Virus record (IMG/VR): IMGVR_UViG_3300034107_000725 | Span: 64,001 to 128,000 of that record | Direction: 5' to 3' (one strand) | DNA: 64,000 nucleotides | DNA from: a virus | Part shown: positions 17,113 through 27,100 of the stretch, one piece after another | How positions within the stretch are numbered: position 1 is the stretch's first letter | Layout of the letters: each line of letters opens with the position of its first letter | Translations under genes and position numbers: made by a program | Notes under the pieces: generated by a model | Seen by the model: only the letters and a program-made list of their open reading frames with translations | Told to the model about the DNA's origin: nothing | Databases searched by the model: none

Positions 17113-18000
17113 ATGGACGTTCGAACAGCAAAGGCGTTGCTTAAACAGATTCAACAGGTGAAGCAAGCAGAGACCGGAAATGTCACGGTGGCGGGTTTAC
17201 CTGCACCAGCATCACCAACTCCAACTTCGTTTTCTTTTCTGGCTCGTAATATGCCAAATTTGTTACCTGGCAGCCTGCCTAAAGATTTGGCTAAGCAACA
17301 AAATACTAAGCTACAGTCAGATACTCAAAAGGCCATCATTAGAACTATGATGTTGGCAGCTGGCGGAGGTGCTGCTGTGCGTGGACTTACAGGCTTAACT
17401 AATATGCTAGGCGAATCACCACAAATTGCCTCAACAGGTCGTACTGTAGAAATGCCTGTCGCATATGCCGAGGAGCCGAAACGTAAAAAAAGGATGAAAC
17501 AAGCAGAGGCATTCAAATCGAGTGTCGACACTTATAACCAGGGAGCTACAAACAAAATTGGGTTGAACTACTACATACCGGGCATGCTGATCGGCGGCGG
17601 GTTAGCGGCTTACGGCGGCTGGAAGGGTGTAGACCATCTGCTAGATGCTCAACGGCGTAAGCATACAAATGAGGACATGGAAGCAGCAAAACAGGAATAT
17701 GAAGACGCTCTGCTCGGGGCATATAAAAAAGCAACGGATACGGCACTAGATCAAACCTTTGAGCGTTATGAAAAACAAGCATATCTTGAGAATATACCGG
17801 GAGCTTTACAAGGTGCCGGACTGGCTTACACGGCAGCGTCACTTCCAATCGGTTACATGATCGTTAATGACATGATGAAAAAGAACAGCAAACAAGCCTT
17901 GTTACAAAAAGCTCTGCAAGAGCGAGCTCGTCGTCAAGCCATGACACAGCCACCAGAAATTTATGCGATTCCACACTCACCCAACGAGGAGAGCGAATAA
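17113..18000 (+). CDS. Putative internal head protein with Gly-rich hydrophobic helices
   Basis: VKQA, MKQA, YKKA, EKQA separate three Gly/Ala-rich hydrophobic segments. Confidence 0.6.
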   Translation: MDVRTAKALLKQIQQVKQAETGNVTVAGLPAPASPTPTSFSFLARNMPNLLPGSLPKDLAKQQNTKLQSDTQKAIIRTMMLAAGGGAAVRGLTGLTNMLGESPQIASTGRTVEMPVAYAEEPKRKKRMKQAEAFKSSVDTYNQGATNKIGLNYYIPGMLIGGGLAAYGGWKGVDHLLDAQRRKHTNEDMEAAKQEYEDALLGAYKKATDTALDQTFERYEKQAYLENIPGALQGAGLAYTAASLPIGYMIVNDMMKKNSKQALLQKALQERARRQAMTQPPEIYAIPHSPNEESE

Positions 18001-18003
18001 GCG

Positions 18004-21000
18004 ATGCAACCGCTCACGCCCAATCTGCTTGAGCCGGAATCCTCATCGCTGTTGACTCCGGCTGCATCTATCCAGCCGTTACCGCCTGCTCCCGATTATC
18101 GGGAGTTTGGTGATACGGTAAAAACGCGTTCACGTATTTATGACAACGTACTGAACGCGGCTAAGAACATACAGCCCGTGTCGAACGACCGCCACACACT
18201 TCGGTTGGCGGATGTGGATTACATGGATTCAGATCGGGTCAGCAAGCGGGATCAGAAGGCCGCTATTCTGAACGGCTTGACCCGCGGGCGAAGGCTACGT
18301 GGTACGTGGGAACTGGTGGACAACGCCAGTCAGCAGGTGCTTGATAGTAAGCGGTCTGTGCTTATGACCGTACCTCACCTCACCGAACGCGGTACGTTCA
18401 TTAACAATGGCACAGAGTACACATTAAAGAACCAACAACGCTTGCTCCCTGGCGTCTACACGCGGGAACGTGATAACGGTGAAATTGAATCACACGCAAA
18501 CGTCTTGCCGGGCAAGGGCGTGTCTCACCGTTATTTTCTAGACCCAGAAAAAGGGCAGTTCAAGATTCGCCTGGGACAAGGCACCGTCAGCCTGATGCCT
18601 TTGCTCAAGTCTATGGGTGCGACTTCAGAACAGATTAAAAATGCTTGGGGCAAAGATCTTTATGCCAGTAACTTCAACAGCGATGACGCTGGCGAACACA
18701 AGAAGCTCCGGGCCAAGTTTCTAAATGCTAAAGAGCTTCAAGGGGATGAGCAGGCACAGCGGGCAGCTCTTGTGCAAAAGTTTGCCAACATGGAGCTGGA
18801 CCCAGAAGTCACAAAGCGAACGCTGGGTAATCCACATGCAGGACTGACCCTGGACGCTGTGATGGATATTACCAAAAAGCTAATTCAGGTCAGTCGTCGG
18901 GAAGCCGAGCCGGATGATCGTGACGCGTTAACCTATCAGAGCTTCCTTGGCCCTGAAGATCTACTTGCAGAAAGAATTTCGCGAGATAAAGGTGGTTTAC
19001 GCCGTCAGCTTTTATGGCAAATGTCGGGGCAAGGCAACCTCCAAAAAATGCCATCTTCTGCCTTGCACAAGCAGCTTCAGGCTGCCATTATGGGTTCCGG
19101 GCTGGGTCAAGCGATCGAAGAAATTAATCCGGCAGAGCTGTACGACAAGTCAACAGCTGTGAGCCGCCTAGGCGAGGGCGGTATTCCTTCCACGGATGCT
19201 ATTCCTAAAGAATCGCGTAGCGTTCAGCCCAGTATGTTCGGATACGTGGACCCTGTGCGAACCCCAGAATCGGGCAAGGTAGGAGTGGACACCTACCTTG
19301 CTCGTGGGGCTCGCAAGGGTTCCGACGGCAAACTTTACGCTCAGTTTAACGACGTTAGAACCGGTGAAACCATTTACAAAACACCGCAAGCTGTTGCGGA
19401 TTTGACTTTGGGTTTTCCTGGAAGCATGCAGCAACTCGGGAAACGGGTAGCCGCTATGCGTAACGGAAAAATGGTCTACGTGCCAAAGCACGAGATAGAC
19501 TTAGAGTTACCAAGCATGGAAGAAGCGTTTAATCCGCTTTCCAACATGATACCTATGAAAAGCCAGGTCAAAGGTCAGCGACTGGTGATGGCGTCTCGAA
19601 TGACCACACAGGCGTTACCTATCGCAGGGGCCGAAGCTCCACTGGTTCAGTCGGCGATACCAGGCACAAACGGACAAAAGAGCTACGAAGAGCTTTATGC
19701 CGGTGCGATGGGTGCGTTACGTGCTCCGCAGGGCGGAACGGTGACCGGTGTAGACGATGACGGCATTCATGTGCGATACGAGGACGGTACTTCAGACACA
19801 CATGAGATGTATCAGAACTTCCCGTTTAACCGTAAAACTTTCATACATCAGACGCCAGTCGTAAGGCCTGGAGACCAGTTTGGTCCAGACCAGTTGCTGG
19901 CCCAGTCCAACTATACTGATAAGACAGGGGCAACGGCTTTAGGGCGTAACGCTCGTACTGCTTATGTCTCGTGGCAAGGCAAGAACTTTGAAGATGCCGT
20001 CGTAATTTCTGAAGGCTTTGCCCGGAAAATGGCTTCTGAGCACATGTATCAGAACAGTCTGGAAGTAGACGACAAGACTCAGCTGGGTAAGCATAATTAC
20101 ATTCAGAAGTTTCCTGGTAAGTTCGATAAGGCAACTTTGGCAAAAATGGATGATAGCGGCGTGATTAAGCCTGGAACGGTGGTACACTACGGCGATCCTC
20201 TCATTCTGGGAACTTCGCAGCGGGAAACCTCGTACAACAAAGTCCACAAAAAAGGACAGGCAGGACACACCGATGCAGCAATCATTTGGGATCATCACGA
20301 CGACGGGACCGTTACCGATGTGGTCATGGGCAAAACGGGACCGACTGTCGTTGTTAAAGCGACGTCAGCCATGCAAGTTGGCGACAAACTCTCTGGGCGG
20401 TACGGAGACAAAGGAGTCATTGCTGATGTCATCCCAGACCATCAAATGCCACATGATAGTGACAAACAACCCTTCGAAGTCCTGTTGAATCCACTTGGTG
20501 TCATCACCCGAACCAACCCGGCTCAGATGTCTGAGTTGTACCTGGGTAAACTAGCAGCCAAGCTGGGACGACCTATCAAGGTCCAAGACTTTGATTCAAG
20601 CAAAGACATGGGCGAATGGGTTTCACAAGAACTGGCCCGTGAAGGTTTGTCTGACTTGGAAGACATCAACGACCCGTCTAAAGATCAGAAGATCGGCGGT
20701 ATTGCTACGGGTCATCGGTTTTTTATGAAGCTGCACCACACGGCTGAGTCTAAGGGACAAAGCCGCGGTGGTGGAGCTTACACAGCGGATGATGCACCGG
20801 CTAAAGGTGGGTCAGAAGGCTCAAAGCGAATTGGGATGTTGGATACAAACGCCTTGTTGTCTCACGGAGCTACGGCAACGCTACAAGACGTGAGTGCAGT
20901 TCGTGGACAGAAGAATGACCAATACTGGATGCAGTTCATGTCCGGCTACAATCCAACAGCGTCCAAGGTACCGTTTGTGTATCAAAAGTTTGTCAATCAA

Positions 21001-22443
21001 CTCAAGTCTGCTGGTGTTAACGTCGTCAAGCAAGGCACACAGACAAACATCATGGCGTTGACGGATAAGGATGTGGATGAGCTGGCCGGTGATCGCGAAC
21101 TCCAAAACGCGGAAGGCGTAGACTGGAATAAGGGGCTCAAGGAAATTTCTGGCGGCTTGTTTGACAAGTCGAAGACCGGAGGTCACGGGGGCAATCGTTG
21201 GAGCTATATCAAGCTGCACGAGCCGTTGCCAAACCCGGTGATGGAAGAACCCATCCGGCGTATGCTAGGTTTGACACAGAAACAGTTTCAAGGCGTAATC
21301 TCAGGCACGGAACCGTTATCTAAGTACGGCACAGGTCCGCAGGCTTTACAAAAGGCCCTGTCCGGAATGAATGTTGATGCTGAGATTGAGAAAGCCCGTA
21401 ACGCTATTTCAGCGGGTCGGGCCTCAGACAGGGATGCGGCGGTGAGGAAGCTAGGATACCTGAAGAGTGCTAAAAAGCTGGGTCTCCATCCTGGCGATTA
21501 CATGCTTACAAAAGTGCCTGTTCTGCCTCCTATGTTTCGACCCGTCAGCATGATGTCAAACGATATGCCACTGATTAACGATGCTAACTACCTTTACAAA
21601 GAGTTATTTGAGGCAAATAACAACCTCAAAAGCATTCAGAGCGAATTAGGACATGAAGCATCCGGGCTGGAACGAATGGCGGCGTACAATGCCTTCAAAG
21701 CTGTCACGGGTTTAGGCGATCCAATTAGCCAGAAAAGTCGAGATAAGAACGTCAAAGGTGTGCTTCAGTCTGTGTTTGGTTCCAGCCCCAAGTTCAGTAC
21801 ACTACAACGCAAACTGATTTCCACCACTGTGGATAACGTCGGGCGGGCGGTGATCACCCCCAATCCGGATCTGGACATGGATTCGGTCGGCCTGCCCGAA
21901 GAGAAAGCCTTCAAGGCGTATGAGAAGTTCGTCACCCGGCGGCTGGTCCGTCAGGGTATGTCGATGAGAGTGGCTCGCGAACACATTGCAAACAAATCGA
22001 AGCTGGCACGCAATATTCTGCTTGAGGAGATGGATCATCGTCCGGTATACATCAGCCGGTCTCCTGTTCTTCACAAGTTTGGGATTTTGGCAATGAAGCC
22101 AAGACTAACCAAGGGTGATACACTTCAGGTTAGCCCTCTCATCGTTAAAGGCTTTAACGCTGACTTTGATGGCGATGCTATGAATTATCACGTACCGAGC
22201 ACAGAAAAGGCCCGACAAGAAGCTCTTGACCGACTTCTACCTAGCCGAAACTTGTTCAGTCTGTCAGACTTTAAATCCGTGATGCACGCTCCGGCAAACG
22301 AGTTTGTCGGCGGTTTGTACCACGCTACGAAATCCGTTAGCGATCGCCCTAAAAAGATCTTTCGATCGCTACAGGATGCTAAGCGGGCCTACGCACGGGG
22401 CGATATTTCTATCGACGATCGCGTGCAAATCCTAGAATCTTAA
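18004..22443 (+). CDS. rpoB: Multisubunit RNA polymerase beta subunit fused to the N-terminal half of beta'
   Basis: Beta motifs GTFINNGTE, DPVRTPESGKVG, NFEDAVVISE, GDKLSGRYGDKG, NPLGV, KRIGMLD; beta' motifs PVLPPMFRP, GRAVI, SRSPVLH and catalytic NADFDGD at 22156-22176. Confidence 0.95.
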   Translation: MQPLTPNLLEPESSSLLTPAASIQPLPPAPDYREFGDTVKTRSRIYDNVLNAAKNIQPVSNDRHTLRLADVDYMDSDRVSKRDQKAAILNGLTRGRRLRGTWELVDNASQQVLDSKRSVLMTVPHLTERGTFINNGTEYTLKNQQRLLPGVYTRERDNGEIESHANVLPGKGVSHRYFLDPEKGQFKIRLGQGTVSLMPLLKSMGATSEQIKNAWGKDLYASNFNSDDAGEHKKLRAKFLNAKELQGDEQAQRAALVQKFANMELDPEVTKRTLGNPHAGLTLDAVMDITKKLIQVSRREAEPDDRDALTYQSFLGPEDLLAERISRDKGGLRRQLLWQMSGQGNLQKMPSSALHKQLQAAIMGSGLGQAIEEINPAELYDKSTAVSRLGEGGIPSTDAIPKESRSVQPSMFGYVDPVRTPESGKVGVDTYLARGARKGSDGKLYAQFNDVRTGETIYKTPQAVADLTLGFPGSMQQLGKRVAAMRNGKMVYVPKHEIDLELPSMEEAFNPLSNMIPMKSQVKGQRLVMASRMTTQALPIAGAEAPLVQSAIPGTNGQKSYEELYAGAMGALRAPQGGTVTGVDDDGIHVRYEDGTSDTHEMYQNFPFNRKTFIHQTPVVRPGDQFGPDQLLAQSNYTDKTGATALGRNARTAYVSWQGKNFEDAVVISEGFARKMASEHMYQNSLEVDDKTQLGKHNYIQKFPGKFDKATLAKMDDSGVIKPGTVVHYGDPLILGTSQRETSYNKVHKKGQAGHTDAAIIWDHHDDGTVTDVVMGKTGPTVVVKATSAMQVGDKLSGRYGDKGVIADVIPDHQMPHDSDKQPFEVLLNPLGVITRTNPAQMSELYLGKLAAKLGRPIKVQDFDSSKDMGEWVSQELAREGLSDLEDINDPSKDQKIGGIATGHRFFMKLHHTAESKGQSRGGGAYTADDAPAKGGSEGSKRIGMLDTNALLSHGATATLQDVSAVRGQKNDQYWMQFMSGYNPTASKVPFVYQKFVNQLKSAGVNVVKQGTQTNIMALTDKDVDELAGDRELQNAEGVDWNKGLKEISGGLFDKSKTGGHGGNRWSYIKLHEPLPNPVMEEPIRRMLGLTQKQFQGVISGTEPLSKYGTGPQALQKALSGMNVDAEIEKARNAISAGRASDRDAAVRKLGYLKSAKKLGLHPGDYMLTKVPVLPPMFRPVSMMSNDMPLINDANYLYKELFEANNNLKSIQSELGHEASGLERMAAYNAFKAVTGLGDPISQKSRDKNVKGVLQSVFGSSPKFSTLQRKLISTTVDNVGRAVITPNPDLDMDSVGLPEEKAFKAYEKFVTRRLVRQGMSMRVAREHIANKSKLARNILLEEMDHRPVYISRSPVLHKFGILAMKPRLTKGDTLQVSPLIVKGFNADFDGDAMNYHVPSTEKARQEALDRLLPSRNLFSLSDFKSVMHAPANEFVGGLYHATKSVSDRPKKIFRSLQDAKRAYARGDISIDDRVQILES

Positions 22444-22473
22444 CCAGATCAGATTGACAAGGAGATCATAACG

Positions 22474-23187
22474 ATGGGACTGAACCTCGAGCTTCTTAAA
22501 CAAGCCCGATATAACGTACGGGAGCTGGAAAAATCAGCATTTGTAGCTGCCGGTGACCCGTCAATGGGTGGAGATCCTGCGGCTATGGCTGGTGGCGGTG
22601 CTCCTCCTATGGACCCAGCTATGGCTGGCGGTGCCCCTCCAATGGATCCGGCGATGGCTGGCGGTGCCCCTCCAATGGATCCGGCGATGGCGGGTGGTGC
22701 TCCTCCTATGGATCCGGCGATGGCTGGCGGCGGCGATCCAATGGCTGCAATCATGCCGATGATTCAGCAAGCGGTACAGCAAGCAATGGCAGCCAACGGT
22801 GGCGGCGGTAGTGGTCCACAAGCAGGCGGGCCCGGAATCAAACCCAAGATCGACGTCAACGTCGAAATCATGCAGATGAAGAAGATGTTGGCCAAGATGA
22901 TGGACGCCATGGGAATCCACATGCCCGTAGCCGACATGGTGGCCACACCAGAAGATCTCAATCAGATTGCACAAGGTGGAGCCGGTTTCGCCGCAGCTAC
23001 GCCTGATAACGGTGGCGGACTGGGAGCCATCAAGCCGATACAGGCTATGAAGGCCGCAGAAGACTGGGAAAGCGGTGTAGCCTTTACACCTCCTTCCGAG
23101 AATTCATTCCAGCAGTCACACAACGTCACAAGAAGTACGGCAAACATGGCAACAGCGTTATTGCTGCGTAACCGTATGACGGGTTGA
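22474..23187 (+). CDS. Low-complexity Met/Gly/Pro-rich putative core protein
   Basis: LEKSA followed by (PPMDPAMAGGA)n repeats. Confidence 0.65.
   Translation: MGLNLELLKQARYNVRELEKSAFVAAGDPSMGGDPAAMAGGGAPPMDPAMAGGAPPMDPAMAGGAPPMDPAMAGGAPPMDPAMAGGGDPMAAIMPMIQQAVQQAMAANGGGGSGPQAGGPGIKPKIDVNVEIMQMKKMLAKMMDAMGIHMPVADMVATPEDLNQIAQGGAGFAAATPDNGGGLGAIKPIQAMKAAEDWESGVAFTPPSENSFQQSHNVTRSTANMATALLLRNRMTG
22591..22732 (+). repeat. 33-bp tandem repeat (~4 copies) encoding PPMDPAMAGGA
   Basis: Imperfect units such as cctccaatggatccggcgatggctggcggtgcc. Confidence 0.9.
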
Positions 23188-23203
23188 GCAGAAGGACAGT
23201 TCG

Positions 23204-23428
23204 ATGTTCTTTGTCGAGATATTGGAAAGTATCGGGAAGCCTCCCTTGCGGGTGGAGGCTTCTCAGGTGGTTATTCGAATGGCTGACGGTACTCCCGTCA
23301 GTGTAGCTGCGGTCTTTGGCACTGCAAGCAGTGTTTTGGTTTCACACTGTGAAGACCCAAACTTTAACGCAAACTTGCGTAAGCTGGGCATCAATGAAAC
23401 CGTTATCTCTACTAGACTGAAGGTATGA
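23204..23428 (+). CDS. Small hypothetical protein
   Basis: SD GAAGGA; lies between the two RNAP genes. Confidence 0.65.
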   Translation: MFFVEILESIGKPPLRVEASQVVIRMADGTPVSVAAVFGTASSVLVSHCEDPNFNANLRKLGINETVISTRLKV

Positions 23429-23429
23429 C

Positions 23430-24140
23430 ATGTCCGACCCGACACGATCTGCTGATAAGGCTTATTACGCTTCCCGAACTCCGTTAGATATACGGGGCAC
23501 TCGCGAAGGGCGATCAAATCCGCCAAAATTCCCAAGCTATCAGCACAAAGGTTACGACTCCACCGCGTCGTCTGACAAATACTATGCGGTGCAACCGGCT
23601 AAAGTGGATGCTCCTGTAGCTCAGGCCGTGCGGCAGAAACCTGCACGGAACACAGTAGCACAGAAAACCGAGCTGATTATCACAGATACGGATAATCTGT
23701 TACGGCGGTTAAGCGATATACTAAGAGATAACGATGTTGAGGTCGTTGTTAAAGGCGATGCAGAATTGATCCGACAGGCACGAATGATTTTGGATTTATC
23801 TGTAGGCCGAAACGAGTTTACACGACAGCAGGCAGACTCTGTGTCATTCGCGGTGGTTGAAGCAAAGATCACAGTACCCGACGTAGCGGTTGTGGACGTA
23901 GCACCAGAACCAGTAGTAGAGGTAGCCGCAGAGCCAGAGCCAGTAGCAGAACCGGAACCAGAAGTAATTCCGGAGCCCGTGATACGGGATGAAATTGCTG
24001 AACTTCTGGCAGCACCAACACCGGTTGTCAAAAAAAGTAAGCCTAAGCAGGTCAGACAGGCCAAGAAGCCCGAGGCTAAAACTATCACGGAAGATGACAT
24101 CGCTGCCGCTCTTGGCCTAGGCGATGATAGCGACGACTAA
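23430..24140 (+). CDS. Hypothetical protein with Pro/Glu-rich linker
   Basis: In-operon ORF; VAAEPEPVAEPEPE low-complexity stretch. Confidence 0.7.
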   Translation: MSDPTRSADKAYYASRTPLDIRGTREGRSNPPKFPSYQHKGYDSTASSDKYYAVQPAKVDAPVAQAVRQKPARNTVAQKTELIITDTDNLLRRLSDILRDNDVEVVVKGDAELIRQARMILDLSVGRNEFTRQQADSVSFAVVEAKITVPDVAVVDVAPEPVVEVAAEPEPVAEPEPEVIPEPVIRDEIAELLAAPTPVVKKSKPKQVRQAKKPEAKTITEDDIAAALGLGDDSDD

Positions 24141-24152
24141 GAGGCTGTTTGC

Positions 24153-27100
24153 ATGCTGAATACGACTGTCGGCCAACTGTTGGTAAACGAATCACTGCCT
24201 GAAGACTTGCGGGACTATAACCGAGTCCTGGACAAGAAAGGTATGGGTGCGTTGTTACAGCAGGTGGCTCGACAGTATCCAGAAAAGTACCGTGAAGTGT
24301 CGTTTCAGCTGAGTCAGGTTGGGCAGAGGTCAGCTCAAGACCAGGGGGGTATGTCGTTCGGCATGCGTCACCTGAAACGAAGTAAGATCGCCAACGAAAC
24401 TCGGAAACGGATTCAGGGGCAGCTAGACAACATCTTGTCTGATGACTCGCTCACAGATCAGCAACGCAACGATCTGATTGTGAAAACAGTTGGACGTGAG
24501 AGCGAACCGCAGCAGAAGGCAGTGCTGGAAGAAGCCATTCAAGCCAAGAATCCGTTAGCAATGCAAGTGCTTTCAGGTAGCCGCGGTAAGCCTATGAATC
24601 TTGCCAGCTTGCTGGCAGCAGATATGCTGTACTCGGACCACAGGGATGAGGTTATTCCAATTCCGGTGCTTCGCAGTTACAGCGAAGGCTTGTCCCCGGA
24701 AGAATACTGGGCTGGAACTTATGGTGCTCGTCGCGGGATCATCGCAACTAAGTTTGCCACTCAGGAAGCGGGATTTCTGAGCAAACAGTTAAATCAAGCA
24801 GGTCACCGGCTGGTCGTAATGGGTGAAGAGGGTGACGAAGATCCGGAAGCACCTACTCGGGGTTTGGTCGTTGATACTGACGACATGGACAACGAGGGTT
24901 CGCTTTTGGCTCGGGACGTAGGACCGTACAAGCGAAACACCCCACTTACCCCCAAGATTCTCAAACAACTACAGCGACTTGGCAAAAACCGGATTTTAGT
25001 CAGGTCGCCGATGGTTGGTGGTTCTCCTGAGGGTGGTGTTTATGCTCGAGACGTTGGTATCCGTGAACACGGTACCTTGGCAGGGTTAGGCGAGCAGGTC
25101 GGACTTCAGGCAGCTCAGGCTTTGTCTGAACCGATTAGCCAAGGGCAGCTTTCGGCAAAGCACTCTGGCGGCGTTGCCGGGCAGGAAAAGGCGGTTGGTG
25201 GATTCCAATACATCAATCAGCTGATTCAAACGCCCAAGAAGATGCAGGGTGGAGCTGCTCACTCTACATTGGACGGTACGGTGCAGCGAGTAGAACCTGC
25301 TGCTGCCGGTGGGTTCAACGTAACGATTGACGGCAAGCCGCACTATGTAGGTGAGGGCTTTGGTGTCAAAGTTAAAAAAGGGGATAACGTCGAAGCCGGG
25401 GATGTGCTTAGCGACGGTATTCCCAATCCAGCGGTCATCACTCAGTACAAAGGTGTTGGTGAGGGTCGCCGTTACTTTGTCAACGAATTCCGCAAAGCTA
25501 TGTCAGCTAGCGGTATGCAGGGACACCGCCGCAACATTGAGTTGCTGGCACGCGGATTAATCAATCACGTTAAGCTCACGGAAGAGACTGACGATCATGC
25601 TCCGGACGATATCGTCCCGTATTCTACGTTGGAGCATACATACAAGCCACGGGAAGGCCATGAGCGTCTAACGCCCAAAAAAGCGTTGGGCCAGTATCTG
25701 GAACGTCCGGTGTTGCACTACACCATTGGCACTAAGATTCGCCCGTCGATGCTTAGAGACTTCGATGATTTCGGAGTCCAGGCAATCCCGGTGCATAAGA
25801 ATCCGCCACCGTTCGAGCCACATATGGTACGAGGTATGTACCAAATGCAGCACGATCCGGATTGGATGACCCAGATGTACGGTTCCGGACTCAAAAAGAG
25901 TCTGCTGGAATCCACAGCACGTGGAGCAACCAGCGAGGAACGGGGTACCAGCTTCATCCCCAGCTTGGCGTCAGGCACTGATTTTGGCGAAGTCCCAGAT
26001 CGTGCAGTGATTCAGCCTAAGCCTGCATATTCATTGCCTAAAGTATCCATTCCTGACTTGGAGCCTGAAAATTCAGGATCCACGTTCTTTGGAGGCCGAT
26101 ACAAAGTAGGCATGCAAAAAAGGGCGGTAGAAGCGACCCCACCCAAAGTCGAGGCTCCGGCCTCCACATCTATGTCGGCTCCTACCGCCCCTACTCCCTC
26201 CCCGTCGAATGCCGCAGAGTTGGGTAGCAATAATATTATGTCCCCGGCTACAACTGTCCAGCCCAAACTGGATACAGTGACTCAGCCGATTCAACCGCCA
26301 GCGGATATACCACAGGCAAGCCAGACTCCTAGAGCAAGCCAGACTCCTCCAGCCAGTCAACCGCCGCCAGCCAGTACACCAGCACAGGTTCGGGCAGATG
26401 TGATGCAGGCTTCAAGAACCGCAACTCCGCCTCCGATTCAAGAACCTTTGCCGCAGATTAAAAGACCGTCAACTAAGATGCCAGAGCTATCTACTGGAAC
26501 CGCATCCACTTCTCGGCTAACCAGTTCTCGGCTAGGCTCACAAACAGCAGGCATTCCATGGTGGCGGGCAACAGCAAAGCCGACAGACACGACATGGAAT
26601 AAAACAGAAAATACCGAATTCCATTCTCAGCCTAACTCTGTGTTAGGTGCGACACCGTCTGTGGCCAACCTGGCTGCGAGTCGTTCCTACGCACCAGAGC
26701 CTCCAGCTGCACCTGTAAAGGGTTATGCAGATTATGCTCAAGACGCCTGGGACGCGTTTAAAAACCCTGTAACAACGATTAGTAATCAACTCTACGGTAC
26801 GCCGGAACCTACTGCGGGTAACTCGTTTTCCGATGATGGAAATCTGTTGGCTCGCTCTGGGGTAAATATGGGTCTTAAACAAATGATGGGCCGCTCTGCC
26901 CCGGCTGCGATTACTGCAGCAGCTGAAGCTGCAGTTCCATTGTCTCGGGTGGGTCGATTGGCAGCCGGAGCTCGAGCTTTGTTGCCGGGGTTTTTACCTG
27001 GGGCCAGACTGGCAGCCGGAGGTGCCGCAAGTGCTGCGGGTGGTCTATCTTTGGCACCGGCAGCGATAGGCTTTGCTGCGGTTAACGCAGGCACTGAGCT

